This document shows, piece after piece, positions 29,860-44,352 of a DNA stretch of 64,000 nt. The stretch covers positions 64,976,001 through 65,040,000 of the forward strand of contig OX597820.1 in assembly GCA_951406725.2 (NCBI GenBank), given 5' to 3'. Numbering within the stretch: the stretch's first letter is position 1; each line of letters opens with the position of its first letter. Below the pieces are notes generated by a model that saw nothing but the letters and a program-made list of their open reading frames with translations, did not search any database and was not told the DNA's origin. The translations under genes were made by a program, and so were the position numbers. The DNA is from Octopus vulgaris. Lineage: Eukaryota.

Positions 29860-30480
29860 TTAATTATCATAAATCTTCCACTGAGGAGGAATCCGGTTTC
29901 CAACAAAGATAAAAGACTCCATCTTTGGGATGTAGTTAACACAGACAAATTCATATTTGGAACTTGGAAAAAGTCTTGCATATTTTTACTGTTCCACTCA
30001 CAGCTTACACTTGTGATGTACGAATCAATAATGCACGAATCAGCTAGTCAGTTTCTCTTTCTGAACATCCCGGTTTACCCAGAGACTCCTTTAAGCATTC
30101 ACTAACAAAACCTAGTGCTCCAATAATTATTGGTATGAATATGAATTCATAGTCGGAATAGAGAAGCTGGCCGTTTCGAAGCAGTTGTCCATAGATAACC
30201 CCTTTTTCTTTGAGTTTCAAAGAGATATTCAAATCTGCAGGGCCGCTAACCGTTCTGGTGATACATACCATTCTCCCTCTGTCCCAAACAACAATCTCCG
30301 GCCTGTTATGCTTACATTTGACAGACATTTTGATGTGAATATTTCACTAGCATTCCTTGAGTTGGTGTTTATGAATGTATTTCGAAGTTAATTTCAGAAA
30401 GTCTTTTTTGCGGATGGCATTGTAAATTGTTTTAGCAACAAAATCGTGCAACATAGGGAGGCAGTACCGTGAGGACATTT
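29860..30480 (-). mobile_element. R4/Dong-type RLE 3' fragment
   Basis: ORF 30044-30328: KCKHNRPEIVVWDR...FIPIIIGALGFV. Confidence 0.8.
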
Positions 30481-30704
30481 TAGAACAACTGTATGTATGA
30501 ATGTCCATATGCATATACGTATGTATATATGTATGTCTATCTGTATGTATGTATGTATGTATGTATGCATGTATGTATGTATGTATGTATGTATGTATGT
30601 ATGTATGTATGTATGTATGTATGTATGTATTTAAATATGTATTATGTAATTATGTATGTATGCATTTTTGTATGAATGTATGTATGAATATTTGTGTTTT
30701 TAGT

Positions 30705-31000
30705 TTTTAGTTATTTGTATTCTTCCTTTGAAGAAAGAGATGGCTTCCGACAAAGATACAAAACTCCATCGTTAGAGTGTACATAACGAAAACAATGTAC
30801 GCTTTAAAACTTAGGAAATTCTTGCAGAGTTTTACTGTTTTACTTACAGCTAGCATTTGTAGTGTGCCAGTCAGTTTGATTGATTTTTCTTTCTGAAAAT
30901 CCAAGATTATCCAGGCTAACAAGTAAGAAATTCACTTACAAAACCAAGTGCACCAATTATTGTTGGTATAAATGTAAATTTGTAATCTGAATATAGAAGC
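30705..31000 (-). mobile_element. R4/Dong-type 3' fragment
   Basis: Reverse strand PTIIGALGFV...LQMLAVSKTVKLCKNFLSF. Confidence 0.7.
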
Positions 31001-31002
31001 TG

Positions 31003-31033
<31 letters not shown>

Positions 31034-31413
31034 GTATTTTTGCTTGTGTATATGCTTGTATTTGTGTATATATATTTTAATTATAAAAATGTCAAATTTC
31101 ACTAAATATTACTGGAGCTTCTATATTGCTGGAGACAAGATATATGATTGCAGATATATAGATACATACAGGCATACACACACACACACACACACACATA
31201 CACACACACATATTAGATACACATAGGCCGATAAGTCGGTATGTAGGAAGATAGGTAGATAGGTAGGTAGGTAGGTAGGTAGGTAGGCAGGTAGGTAGGT
31301 AGGTAGGTAGGTAGGTAAGTAAGGAAGTTGGAAAATAGGTCCGTACGTACGTATAGGCGTACGTACGTAGTAAAATAAGTAGATTGGAAGGTTGGTAAGT
31401 GGTAGATAGATAA

Positions 31414-31496
<83 letters not shown>

Positions 31497-32417
31497 TTTA
31501 CAATCTATATCAAGACACTCGTATCAACAGATACTTGAGAGTACGAGAGAAAAATAGAGAGTGGGAAAGAGAGATAGAACGAAAGTAAGAAAGGAGGAAA
31601 CAAAGAAAGAGAGAGAGAGAGAGAGCGAGAGAACGAAAGGGACTGGGAAATATTTATAAAGATACATTGATAGAGTTCTGTAGCTTATTTACTTTCCATA
31701 TTAATATACAATATATCATTTTTCAAGAGATTTTGCAGAATGTCAGATAGCATACTATAACATATGAGATACAACTTGGTATTTGAAACTAAATTTCGAA
31801 AATATATTTCTGGAAGATATGCCACATACACAACCTATCTTAGTAACTTATAGATGCGTTCCCTGATACGCTTACGCATACATACATACCCGTATATAGA
31901 GTTTCCCCCTTCGATCTAACCTCTATATACAGACGCTTATGTGCCTTTGAGTATGTACATATACATATATAAATATATATATATATTCATATACAGAGAT
32001 ATATGTACAAATTTATACTCACATGTGCATAGATGTGCAATTTAGATGGTTAGATAAGGAGATATATTATATTTGATCAGTGAATGCGCGAATTTGCGTC
32101 TAGGAAAGTGTGCGTGTGTATGTGTGTGTGCGCGCGTGTGTATGTGTGTGCGCGTGTGTGTGTTGAAATCCCTTTGTACCGTGAAGTTAGTTACATGCAT
32201 GTTCAATTACATTAAGCAAGTCATATACATATTCTATTTTTTAAAAGTATATTTATATATTTTTTATTTTCAATATTTTACATTATGTTACGTACTAGCA
32301 TATTGAATGGTAAATATATGTAAGCCTAACCATGTACGAATGCGTATGCATACATACGGATATATATTCATACACATGAATACATATATACACACATACA
32401 TACATATATACATATAT

Positions 32418-32472
<55 letters not shown>

Positions 32473-32879
32473 GGTGAGCATATATGTGCTCATATATATA
32501 TATATATATTAAAATGAAATGTGCTATGAGGGTAGAATTTTTTTCCAACATTTTACTGAACGATAGATATGAGAAAATATCAGATGTAATCTGAGATTTG
32601 TAACCAAATCTGAACATACTTTGGCTATAATTTGATAAATATCATTGCATATCTTACAGACGGTAGATGATATCCACATATAAAACCCTCATTCATATTA
32701 CATATCACCAATACACACACGGATGCGCACTGAAACACACACACAAGTTATATACATAAGGATACATACTCGCACACAAATACGTACATAATATCACGTA
32801 GAAATAAAATGCTTGCGTGTATCCGCTTGCACACATACAGAGAAATATGTTTAATATATAAGTACGTATGTAGATGTGT

Positions 32880-32910
<31 letters not shown>

Positions 32911-33584
32911 TTATAAAGCTATTGCTTGAACTAGTGACTGAGTCGTAGAGCAATCGCAGAGCAATCCATGATTAAATATCTCGCATAGATGAAATGAAAT
33001 GTACTCGCTTCCTTCATGAGCTTTTATCTAATACATATCTTTATCATCACATCTATTCACAAATATATATATATATGTTTATGTTTATGTATGCGTGTGT
33101 TTATATATACGTGTGTGGATGGGAATTCTGAGATATATAGGCGTAGAGATATGCATGCGTATGTCCATTATTTAGTTTTATTCGTATAATATAATGCACT
33201 GCATTTCTTTCGTGTAATAAAATAGATTCATTTTTCGTTGTCTTTTCCTGATCGTGGTAGAAGTAGTTAATTATTGTATTATGTGACCTCACGCATGTAA
33301 ATCCGCTGGAAACTTAGATTCTCTATTCTGTTTTATTTAAGAGAAATTGTTGTCTTTTTCTCCCAGAATCGTTATTAATTTCTAATATAAAACATGGAGT
33401 GAAAATTGAGTTCGTGCGAAAATTCAGTGAAATTTTATTGTAAAGGCTGTGTTAGTTACGTCCATAATAATAAACAATTCAACTTTTGCTTAGATAGATT
33501 GGCCCTCATCAAATTGATAATACACTAACTTTTGTAAAATCGTCTATGAAGCTACTGTAAACTAATAATGATGTAAATGAACGT

Positions 33585-34345
33585 TCCTAAAATAGGCAAC
33601 GGGCCAGGAATTTAGTCTGATGGGTAGTCGATTAAATCGAACCAATATTTGGCTGGTAATTTACTTGATCCACTCCAAAAGGATGAAAGTTCTGCTGGAT
33701 TCTGGAGATTTAAACGCGCAATGCAAATTACTAACACAAATACCACAACGCACTTATCGTTCTGCTCTAACGATTTTTTCTGTGTATCAAACGCTCTCTA
33801 TATTTGTAATAATAATTAATAATGTTACTATTGTTATCATCAATTCAAATTTCGGCACCGGGCCAGCGGAGAGTTTTTGAAGGAATGGGGAAGACGATTA
33901 CATCGAACCCAGTACTTGACTAGTAGTTATTTTATCGACCCTGAAAGAATAAAAGTAAAAAAAAAAATCGACCTCCGTGGTATTTGAGTTATATGAACGT
34001 AAAAATGGACGAAATACCGTTAAAGGTTTTACTCGACGTGCTAACGGTTCTTATTTCTTTAATAAGGAGCTAAACATAGAGGGGACAAGCAAGGACAGAC
34101 AAAAACATTAAGTCGATTTCATCGACCCCAGTTCGTAACTGGTACTTAATTTATTGACCCCGAAACGATGAAAGGCAAAGTCGACTTTGGCGGAATTTGA
34201 ACTCAGAACGTAACGGCGTGCTAACGGTTAGGTCTTTCATCGATGTAGGTTGTGATGGAATTTGAAATCAGAACGCAATGAAGCGGAAACAATGCTATAA
34301 AGCACCCAGTTTGACATCGTAACTATAGCCATCCACCGCCCTGGG
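33585..34345 (-). mobile_element. cluster of nested/tandem SINE family A copies
   Basis: Repeated reverse core gaaaggcaaagtcgac...ggaatttgaactcagaacg. Confidence 0.8.
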
Positions 34346-34389
34346 TGAAGGGCAAAGACAAAATTGATGTAGTTCGAAATAGGATTCCT

Positions 34390-35117
34390 TTATTCTTTTA
34401 TCCTTTTACTTGTTTCAGTCATTTGACTGCGGTCATGCTGGATCACTGACTTGAAGGGTTTTTTTAGTCGAACAAATCAAACCTCAGGACTAATTTTTTA
34501 AACCTGGTACTATTTCTATCGGTCTCTTAGATAGAACCGCTAAGTTACGAGGACGTAAACACATCAAAACAGGTTGTCAAGTGGTGATGAAGACACAAAG
34601 ACAACGCAGAAACATACAGGCAAGTGGGAGCTCGGAACCATGACGTTAAGAAACAAACTTCTTATTTCTTTATTGCCCAAAAGGTGCTAAACGTAGAGGG
34701 GACAAGTAAAGATAGATAAAGGGATTATGTCGATTACATCGACCCCACTGCGTGACTGGTACTTAATTTATCGGCCCCGAAAGGATGAAAGGCAAAGTCG
34801 ACCTCGGTGGAATTTGATCACAGAACGTAGCGGCAGACGAAATACCTATTTCTTTACTACCCAAAAGGGTCCAAACACAGAGGGGATAAACAAGGACAGA
34901 CAAACGGATCAAGTCGATTATATCAACCCCAGTACGTAACTGGTACTTAATTTATCGACCCTGAAAGGATAAAAGGAAAAGTCGACCTCGGCGGAATTTG
35001 AATTCAGAACGTAGCGGTAGACGAAATACCGCTAAGCATTTTGCCCGGCCTGCTTAGTTTCTACCACCTCACCGCCTTCTTGCCACACCTTTTGCCACAC
35101 AGCCACATCTGCGCCTA
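34390..35117 (-). mobile_element. SINE family B split by a family A dimer (34663-35077)
   Basis: The B head breaks after aacaaacttctt and resumes at gccacac...gccacatctgcgcct. TTCTT is duplicated at both junctions. Confidence 0.78.
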
Positions 35118-35129
35118 ATGCAGGCGGTT

Positions 35130-36300
35130 GTAACTATTACCTCGTGCAATTCTGTTCGATGATCGTAAAAATACTCTTATTCGCTACCAGTCAAATCATT
35201 TACCACTATTGACTGCGAAAGCGAGAGTAAAACTTCAGTGAAGCACAACTACGCTACACCATCCATCTTTGGCTGAAGTATGTCGGAAGTGTTTGGACTA
35301 TTCAGCAAGAAAATATTGACAGTAGCCATTCTGGAAAAAATTATCTTGTGTGTTCTTAATTTTAAAGTACACGAGGTTGTTTTACTGAATGGCTATCCTC
35401 AATATATTCGTACTGTAGAGTTCAAAAAATCCATTCATGCTGCAGCCATCTGCTTTAGAATGGAACAACTTTTTCCCGTCGTGTTACAATTTTGCAGAAC
35501 TATGGATGACAATTATCTGTTTCTGAAGTTGCTCTGCTTTCCTGGATATATAGATATAATATAGGCAGACAAAAAAGCTAAGACGAAGAACAAAAACTCG
35601 ATGTATAAAGCAGCTGTGAAGAAAATTCTCGTATGTAGGTCTGAATCTTAAACTACCTGTATGTTATTTCACTCATCGTAAGTTGGAAATATATTACAAG
35701 ATATATCTCAGAAATATCATGATGATCTGTTCGCACAACAGATGATGGTGGAAGCACTCCGTCGGTTACGACGATGAGGGTTCCGGTTGATCCGAATCAA
35801 CGGAACAGCCTGCTCGTGAAATTAACGTGTAAGTGGCTGAGCACTCCACAGACACGTGCACCCTTAACGTAGTTCTCGGGGATATTCAGCGTGACACATA
35901 GAGTGACAAGGCCGGCCCTTTGAAATACAGGTACAACAGAAACAGGAAGTAAGAGTGAGAGAAAGTTGTGGTGAAAGAGTACAGCAGGGATCACCACCAT
36001 CCCCTGCCGGAGCCTCGTGGAGCTTTTAGGTGTTTTCGCTCAATAAACACTCACAACGCCCGGTCTGACAACAGATGATATCAGTGTACTGGAACAAGCT
36101 AATATATTCTAGATTGAAGTTAGCAATAAGCGACACCAGCTTCCATAAACAAGCATCGTAATTTGAATGCTCGGCCATTGCTTTCTCAAGTCACCACTTT
36201 GTCCACAGCTGCAGGAAAGTCAACTCACACAATAAGGTAAAGTACTCGGTTTACGGTCGTATTTAACGGTAATCTAAAAATATGAGACGACAACATATGC
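35130..36300 (+). mobile_element. decayed RTE-clade LINE ORF2 fragment interrupted by a SINE
   Basis: TKNSMYKAAV..ILVC.SE, YLRNIM and ISVLEQAN motifs continue across the insertion. Confidence 0.65.
35747..36067 (-). mobile_element. 5'-truncated SINE family C with RTE-like tail and a 12-bp TSD
   Basis: ACAACAGATGAT at 35735-35746 and 36068-36079. Confidence 0.9.
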
Positions 36301-36699
36301 AAATTTAAATCATTGGTGACGAACCGGAATTAGGGAATTACAGTGATATTGTAGTAAATTAGCAATTTGCATATTTCCAGTAAATATATGCATGTATTCT
36401 TTTCCACACAATAGTTGTAATACAACAATTAGTATATAGAGAGTTGGTATACTGAAAGCAAAGGAGATAAGTATAATAATATCAGTCTTCTACCTTAAGA
36501 AACAAGTCGACAGAGAGAGAAATGGAAGCCATTCTGTCATACATACGTACATGCATGCATGCATGCATACATATATACATGCGCACATACGTACGGACGG
36601 ATGAACCGATGGAGGGACGTAAAAATGTAACATAGCATTGTTAATACTACATTTGGTCTAACCGGATAGTATCCGAGCACAAATCATTCACTAAAATTC

Positions 36700-36905
36700 C
36701 TTTCTGGTGTAGGCGCAAGGCCGGAAATTTGGTGCGAGAAGCTAGTCGATTTCATCGCTTGACTGGTAGTTATTTTATCGTATCGGAAAGGACGAATCGC
36801 AAAGACGACCTCCGCGGCGGAATTTGAACTCTGAATATAATGATGGACAAATGCCGCAAAGCATTTTCCCCTGCGTGCTATCGGCTGAGCCAGCTCACCG
36901 CTGTT
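36700..36905 (-). mobile_element. SINE family A monomer
   Basis: Reverse head gccagctcaccgc and B box ggaatttgaact. Confidence 0.75.
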
Positions 36906-36917
36906 TTGAAAATTATG

Positions 36918-36954
<37 letters not shown>

Positions 36955-37132
36955 GCACACACATGTGTGTGTGTGCATGTATGTATGTATCTATCTATCT
37001 ATCTTTCTGTATGTATATGTGTCTGTGAATGTGTGGGTGGATACATACACACATACACACACACACACACACAATCACACAGCATATACTGTGTGCGTGC
37101 GAACAAATATAAATAACTATACAAATATATAT

Positions 37133-37435
37133 GTAGATGCACATGGCCTAGTGGTTAGAGCAGCGGACACGCGGTCGAGGGATCGCGGGTTCGAATCTGA
37201 GACCGGGCGATGTGTGTGTTTATGAGCGAGACGCCTGAGCTCCATGCGGCTCCGGCAGAAGATAATGGCGAACTTCTGCTGACTCTTTCGCCACAACTTT
37301 CTCTCACTCTTTCCTCATGCATCTTGCAGCTTACCTACGACGGACCGGCGTCCCGTCCAGGTGGGGAACGTATACGCCAAGGAAACCGGGAAACCGGCTC
37401 GATGAGCCAGGCATGGCTTGAGAAGGAACAAACAA
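37133..37435 (+). mobile_element. SINE family C (tRNA-Arg-like head, OR-type), full length
   Basis: TGGCCTAGTGG A box, GGTTCGAATC B box, tail ending gagaaggaacaaacaa. Confidence 0.9.
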
Positions 37436-37559
37436 TAGAAATATATATATATATAAATTACTTTGCTAACTTTTATAGGTTTTGGCCAGTATCTAAAATT
37501 GGTCATTCCAAGTATCATACTTTTAGATTCTACTGGATTTTAATCACAAGGTATTGGAA

Positions 37560-37790
37560 TCTAATATGAATAATATAAAGGCAATATCCCTGCATATCTC
37601 AACTCTATTTTCATTCCTCCACGTCACTCTCTCTTTTTGTATCTTACCTAAATTAACTATTGCTTAACCATCTTCTCACACCGTCTCCGATGAAGGGATA
37701 TAATAAATATCCTGGAAACTGCTGTAAGACCTACTTATAAATGTTCTAAAATCTTCACAGACTTGTTTTTTTATCTCATTCTGAAAACAA
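37560..37790 (+). mobile_element. Penelope-like terminal-repeat fragment
   Basis: Same family as 26280-26447; shared aagac...ttataaatg.tct.aaa.t..cacag tail. Confidence 0.65.
37683..37730 (+). ncRNA. minimal type I hammerhead ribozyme motif (best preserved copy)
   Basis: Stem I GTCT/AGAC, core CCGATGA, stem II GGATA/TATCC, GAAAC, cleavage triplet GTA. Confidence 0.62.
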
Positions 37791-37836
37791 TTATATATAT
37801 ATATATGTATGTGTGTGTGTATGTGTGAATATATGT

Positions 37837-37910
<74 letters not shown>

Positions 37911-38013
37911 CATATATGTACATACATTTATATATATGTGTGTGATTGTGTGTGTGTATGTGTATGCATCTTCCCACACATTCACAGACACATATACATA
38001 CAGAAAGATAGAC

Positions 38014-38088
<75 letters not shown>

Positions 38089-38693
38089 CAGAAAGAAAGA
38101 TGTGCTCTCCAGTCTCAAGTTAAGCTATTCATAGTTAAAATCTCGCTTATAACGTCATATGAAAACAAAAACAAACGGATCTTGGAACAACACAACCAGC
38201 ACAAATACATATAAATGCGTATATGCATATAAGAACACGTTATATATCACCAGCACGACTACACCACTTAAACGCACGTATTCATACAAAAAGAGGAAAA
38301 CAAATTTCTACAAGAATATTTCAAGAACTGCTTGATCGATACTGGGGACTTTTATTTAAAGACGACTGTACTTATTTCGCGTCTTCATAGAATATTGTAT
38401 GGAGTTTTTCTTTTCTCTTTGTACATATGCTGGAAACGAAAAACTAAAAACATTTGAACAAAATAAAAGTTAACGTGCAATCCAGTATCATAGAAGTGTT
38501 GGATTTCAAAGAAGGAAACAAAAAACAGAAAACAAAATTTGAAGGACCTTTTCGAGAATTCAAGAAAATCTGACTTCTATCCGTCTATATATATACAAAT
38601 AAACATACATACATATGTGTGCTTATGTTTATGTTAGTGTGTGTGCGTGTGCGCGTGTGTTTATGTTAGTGTGTGTGCCTGTGCGTGTCTATA

Positions 38694-38730
<37 letters not shown>

Positions 38731-38737
38731 TAACCTG

Positions 38738-38806
<69 letters not shown>

Positions 38807-38870
38807 CATATGCATATATATATATATATACTTGTTATATATATACATACATATATATATATACATATGC

Positions 38871-38933
<63 letters not shown>

Positions 38934-39677
38934 TAGGCGAAAATATCTTCTGTATTTTGCATATCTCATGTGAGACTTGTTAAATTTATCTTTTATGCAT
39001 TTTTTTCTTTTCTTTCTTTCTGTCTCTCTCAGCACGCGTGTGCGTGTGTGTGTTTGAGTATGCATAATTGTGAAATGTTTTGAGTGTTACAGTTTGAAGA
39101 CAGAAGTAGAGTGATTGGTGCAGGAACTACAGAAAAGAAATAATGAGTTGGAGATGTGAGGTGAGAGACAAAAAATCAGGCCGAGAGAGAGGGGGGGGAG
39201 AGAAGAAAAAGAGAGAGTGAGACTGACATACAGTCAAACAGATACGGAGACACAGATTGAGAATAGGAATAGAAATAAAGACGGAACGGACGTGGAAGAA
39301 AGGTGGAGAGTTTGAGAAAGAGGAAGAAGGAAGAGAAGAAGAAGAAAAGGAAAGAGAGGGAGAGAGAGAGAGAGAGAGAGAGAGAACCTTTGTTATTGAA
39401 CTGAACTGCTGCAGACATCAATGGTTTAGGTTGAATTGAAAATTTTTCGCAATGCTTGACAGAGTGGTTCCGACTTGAGACTGTCTGTTATAAATATAAA
39501 TACATACATATAACTATATATATATATACATAGAAATACATGCAGACGTGCATATACATACATACATACATATATATACATACATATTTACATACATATA
39601 TATATATATGTATATATGTATGTATATATATATATATATGCATTCATATATATGTATATGTGTGTGTGTATGAACTT

Positions 39678-39709
<32 letters not shown>

Positions 39710-39710
39710 G

Positions 39711-39832
<122 letters not shown>

Positions 39833-40344
39833 CGTCTCTGAGTTTATACACCTGCGCATATCTACGGTTTTGTCTGTGTATGTGTTTGCATGTTTATGTG
39901 GGTGCACGCGAGATGATTTCAACAGGAGGCAACGACGCATACTACCACTCGGAAGTTCATGTATAACGGCTCCAATTTTTTTTAAAATTCGCTTTGAAAT
40001 CGCAAACACCCGAGTTAGATGCCGGTGCGTGGCATTTTGAGCAAATAACTTCTTACCATACTTTCATTTTGCTCCATGCCTTGTGACTGACACTGGCTAG
40101 AAAACATCTTGGAAATCTATCGAATCAACCATGTTCGGTATTCGAAAAGGCTAATCATATAACATCGTGCGTTATGTTAATATTGACTAAGTACTCAACA
40201 GAGCTCTGCACGACGTGGCCACGAAACGATGCTAGGTGTGGTGCAGTGTGAACTGAATATAATTTGCCTCTGAATTCTTTTAGTTATATTTTTAGATTTG
40301 GTGTGCCACCGAACTTTGAAAAGAATATATATACTCTTTTTCTT

Positions 40345-40762
40345 TTTTTTTTTACTCTTTTTTACTTGTTTCAGTCATTTGACTGCGGCCATGCTGGAGC
40401 ATCGCCTTTAGTCGAGCAAATCGACCCTAGGACTTATTCTTTTGTAAGCCCAGTACTTATTCTATCGGTCTCTTTTGCCGAACCGCTAAGTTACGGGGAC
40501 GTAAACACGCCAGCATCGGTTGTCAAGCAATGCTAGGGGGACAAAAACAGACACACAAACATATACACACACATACATATATAGATATATACATATATAC
40601 GACAGGCTTCTTTCAGTTTCCGTCTACTAAATCCACTCACAAGGCTTTGGTCGGCCCGAGGCTATAGCAGAAGACACTTGCCCAAGGTTCCACGCAGTGG
40701 GACTGAACCCGGAACCATGTGGTTGGTTAGCAAGCTACTTACCACACAGCCACTCCTGCGCC
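40345..40762 (-). mobile_element. SINE family B, full length and well preserved
   Basis: Close reverse complement of 5274-5690. Confidence 0.92.
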
Positions 40763-41264
40763 TATATATATATATATATGTATGTATATATATATGCGCC
40801 TATATATATGTACAGCAAGTGAAAAAAGGTTACGGAGCACTGGTATACAGCATGTTCATGTTTGTAGAACATCTGCCCAATTATAATTTTATAATTCAAT
40901 GAATTATTAGCTCACTTCATTAAAAAAAAAAAACTGGAACAATTACTCATCGTCGAAACCAACGAATGTCCATTTACTTTATTAGCCCGCGCGTATCCCG
41001 ATCCATCAAACATGATTGTGATTTTGTTGTCACGTCTTACGAAATATGATTCACCCATGGCTGGAAGTTTCGTCAGTCTTTTCCATTATGGAAAAAGAAA
41101 AGAAGTAAACGATAAAGAAAAAGAAACGACAAAATTTCAATCCCGTGTGAAAAGAGTCGATTACTTTTTGCATTCTTCGGAATTGCAGCTAAGCCGCCCA
41201 TGATACTAATAATAACATTAATAATAATGAGGAGGTCCGTGATGCTAATGATCATGATTATGAC

Positions 41265-41276
41265 GATAACAACAGC

Positions 41277-41346
<70 letters not shown>

Positions 41347-41414
41347 TTAATAATAATAATAATAATAATGATAATATTAATGGTAACAATAATAGTAATA
41401 ATAATGGTGGTGGA

Positions 41415-41470
<56 letters not shown>

Positions 41471-41525
41471 CGATGATGATGATGATGACGATGATGATGT
41501 TGATGATGATGATGATGATGATGAT
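41265..41525. repeat. compound trinucleotide tract (ACA)n-(ATA)n-(ATG)n
   Basis: Directly visible. Confidence 0.95.
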
Positions 41526-41763
41526 AATTCGGATGGTTATAACCAGGCAACAATAATAGCAAATATTAATTAAACAAAAAGAAAAAAAGATAATAACCGA
41601 ATGGAATTCTAGTAATAATTATAATACAGTAAAACGTAATATTTCATAATATCGGATATTAAATAAATATATGGAAACAGGATATTATTCAATGAATATA
41701 TTCATTAGTAAATAAGGAAAATATATAAATATATGCTAAATATAAGTTTATATATATGTATGT

Positions 41764-41826
<63 letters not shown>

Positions 41827-41929
41827 GTATGTATGTATATATATATATGTATGTATATATATATGTATGTATATAAATATGTATGTATATATATATGTAT
41901 GTATGTATATATATACATATATATGTATG

Positions 41930-42006
<77 letters not shown>

Positions 42007-42558
42007 GTTTATATATATGCATATATATATATGTATATATATATATACAGATAGATAGACAAACATATACATTTATACACACACACTGGCATATATAGAT
42101 ATGCCCGTGCGTTACCCGGTTTTGTATTTGTTTGCTAAATAATGTTGTGTTGAAACAAGCGATTATATTATTGATGAGTCATCTTGGCTTTTACTGAAAA
42201 CGCAAATAATTACTCAAGCTCGATTTTTATTTGCCGCATGATTCGACTATCCACTACAATGTGTCAAAAAAAAGTTCGTACCATTTCTATGAGACTTTTA
42301 CGTTCTATACCTTGCAATTCTGGCAGAAACCTACTCTCAGAAATGTAATGGAATTTTTGGATGCGTTATAATAGAAAATTATATTAACATTTAAATGAAA
42401 TCCAAATGGAGCACTTTTGGTGTTCATATCTGGCTAAACATTTACTACCAACATTCAACTGAACATGTATGTGTAAACACACGCACAGATATACACACGT
42501 GTATGTATGTATGTATGTATGTATGTATGTATGTATGTATGTATGTATGTATGTATGT

Positions 42559-42641
<83 letters not shown>

Positions 42642-44172
42642 TTTATGTTTTGATTCGATATACTTTACCAGGTTTTTTAAAATGAGATCCAGTGAAACAT
42701 CTCACTCCCATATATGAAATGTATAGACGAAGCGAAAGCAGGTAAGGTTGTAAAAACATGGAATCATGTAATATGTTATAAAGTGAAAACCAAATGCTAC
42801 TGTTTTAATTGCATTTAATACGTATGTTTCGAATGGTTATGTAAGTAAAACGTCTGACACAATACCTTCGTCAGTCGAAGTATTTGAAATATTTGAAATG
42901 TTTAGACGGAACAAGATTAATTTTGGAAGTAAATTGTTCAGACAATTAAGTGAAATCCGGGCAATAAATGCATTCAATACATGAACATTTGTTTTACTAT
43001 TTGCATCTATATATGTGTGTGTTTGTGTGTATCTATACAACCACAACTCTATGTGCAGATATAAATTCACACACACACACATATACTTTTATGAATTCGT
43101 TTTGCTCTATTGCTGATGTGAAATCGTGTGATGAAACAGATATTGATGCATTTCTGGATAGTCATTTATTTATTTGGCAAATAATCACACGTAGTATATT
43201 TTCGTCCTTCACTCGTTTATTACTGTTCTTATTCTAACTCATGTCCATTCTCCGGGAATCTTTCGTCACACATCTGTGACCTCCTCGGTGACATTTTCCG
43301 TCTTCGTGTATGCTTTTGCCCTGATTATTCCATTCTGTTCTTGTATGATGTGCATTCTTATATGCGCATACATCTGTGTTTGCGTGTGTATGTTTATATA
43401 TATATACATGTGTGTGTGTGTCATCGTTTTTAGGTGCACTATGACCCTCCCATCAGCCCCGCACCAACCCCGTTACTGCTGCTTCTGTTCTTGAACCCGT
43501 CTTTATGTACCGTTCTTGTAACTCCCTGTGTTTGTCTGTTCGCCCATGCTTCTGCTAATGTGGTAGTTGTTGTTGTGGTCGTTGGTGTTGTTGCCATTGT
43601 TGTTAATCGTATTGTTGATATTGTTGCGAGAGACAGACAGACAGACAGACAGATAGCGTGGTGGGGACAGAAACCTATAATAAATACCAAGTAGGATAAA
43701 TTGATTTATAGATTAATTGATATTATCTTCGATTAACGAAAAAGGTAAACATGAGACAAATGCAATCGATACCCTAGAAATGAAGATGATCGCAAGCAAA
43801 CAACAATTCTCCGAATTAACATGCCTTAATGGAAAAAAAAAATTCTTTTCCTAGAGTCAAGTGGACGGATGTGAAAGCATGCTCCAACTATATATAACAT
43901 TTATGAATGCAAAGAAAAAAATGAGCAGAAACTTTAATGGCCTTGAGCAATTAACATTATTATATCAAAAAATTAGTTAAGAGAATTAATTCATAATTGC
44001 CAATAGCAAGAATTTGGATAACAAGGACAAAGCAATTATATTAAATATAATATTAAATGTCATTCAAGGTGAATTATTGATTAACTAAGAGTATCTTCGA
44101 TTCGAGAGGAATGTAAATATGTGGTGTACTGGCGTAGTGCGTGTGTATGTATGTGTTTGTGAGTACAAATAA

Positions 44173-44247
<75 letters not shown>

Positions 44248-44352
44248 CAGAGAATGTGATGCACTAACATTATTAATATTTGGTGCCATGTGTGTATATG
44301 TATGCGCACCAATTTACCTCTCGATCTATTAATCTAGGTAGCTATCTTTATA

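Noticed and set aside
37133-37210. tRNA-like sequences at SINE C, B and D heads as tRNA genes
   Set aside because: They lack a complete acceptor stem and run into SINE bodies with tails and TSDs.
39895-40320. Possible hAT-type DNA transposon remnant
   Set aside because: Only vague terminal resemblance; no TIR pair or TSD found.
42095-42450. Possible Helentron/DINE-like element starting gatatgcccgtgcgttacccgg
   Set aside because: One terminus-like motif only; the other end could not be identified.
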